Positions 63,228 to 64,000 of a DNA stretch of 64,000 nt are shown here, in pieces. Where the stretch lies: NCBI GenBank assembly GCA_964016885.1, contig OZ024749.1, positions 14,570,001 to 14,634,000 of the forward strand. The letters are read 5' to 3'. The stretch comes from Eledone cirrhosa (lineage: Eukaryota). Every line of letters starts with the position of its first letter. The stretch's first letter is position 1. The position numbers and the translations under genes are program-made. The notes under the pieces are model-generated. The model worked only from the letters and a program-made list of their open reading frames with translations, did no database searches and was not told where the DNA came from.

Positions 63228-64000
63228 TGTGTATATATGTCTAGTAATATTCTACATAAAGTGTGCTGTCCCTAGTAATGCTAGAGTATGTATATATGTC
63301 TAGTAATATTCTACATAAAGTGTGCTGTCCCTAGTAATGCTAGAGTATGTATATATGTCTAGTAATATTCTACATAAAGTGTGCTGTCCCTGGTAATGCT
63401 AGAGTATGTATATATGTCTAGTAATATTCTACATAAAGTGTGCTGTCCCTAGTAATGCTAGAGTATGTATATATATATGTCTAGTAATATTCTACATAAA
63501 GTGTGCTGTCCCTGGTAATGCTAGAGTATGTATATATGTCTAGTAATATTCTACATAAAGTGTGCTGTCCCTGGTAATGCTAGTGTATGTATATATATAT
63601 GTCTAGTAATATTCTACATAAAGTGTGCTGTCCCTAGTAATGCTAGAGTATGTATATATGTCTAGTAATATTCTACATAAAGTGTGCTGTCCCTAGTAAT
63701 GCTAGAGTATGTATATATATATGTCTAGTAATATTCTACATAAAGTGTGCTGTCCCTGGTAATGCTAGAGTATGTATATATGTCTAGTAATATTCTACAT
63801 AAAGTGTGCTGTCCCTGGTAATGCTAGTGTATGTATATATGTCTAGTAATATTCTACATAAAGTGTGCTGTCCCTGGTAATGCTAGAGTATGTATATATG
63901 TCTAGTAATATTCTACATAAAGTGTGCTGTCCCTGGTAATGCTAGAGTATGTATATATGTCTAGTAATATTCTACATAAAGTGTGCTGTCCCTGGTAATG
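63228..64000. repeat. 59-63 bp minisatellite (~13 copies, running off the window end)
   Basis: gtctagtaatattctacataaagtgtgctgtccct(a/g)gtaatgctagagtatgtatatat units. Confidence 0.97.

Overview
Eukaryotic, extremely repeat-rich animal DNA. The SINE, RTE and microsatellite landscape suggests a coleoid cephalopod such as Octopus (inference). The only host gene is on the + strand: seven phase-consistent GT-AG exons (32991-55788) encoding the S1-end, M1-M4 and C0 region of the NMDA receptor GluN1 subunit (GRIN1/Nmdar1). No earlier or later exon was recognised in the window. The rest is intronic: a 16-kb satellite apparently amplified from a tRNA-SINE A-box head, kb-scale microsatellites, tRNA-derived SINEs, RTE, CR1, L1/Tx1-like and Penelope-like remnants, and a young 2.07-kb non-autonomous LTR element. 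Four things stand out. (1) A nest of Penelope-type hammerhead ribozyme motifs, most inside long inverted repeats, lies just downstream of the M4/C0 exon. (2) Two minisatellites were amplified from the gene's own 3' splice sites; one forms an array of potential in-frame 24-nt microexons. (3) The LTR element's primer-binding site is an over-long tRNA-Trp copy with a substitution exactly at position 58. (4) The RTE ORF carries an internal PHD-like finger. Nearly all long ORFs in the supplied track are low-complexity artefacts.
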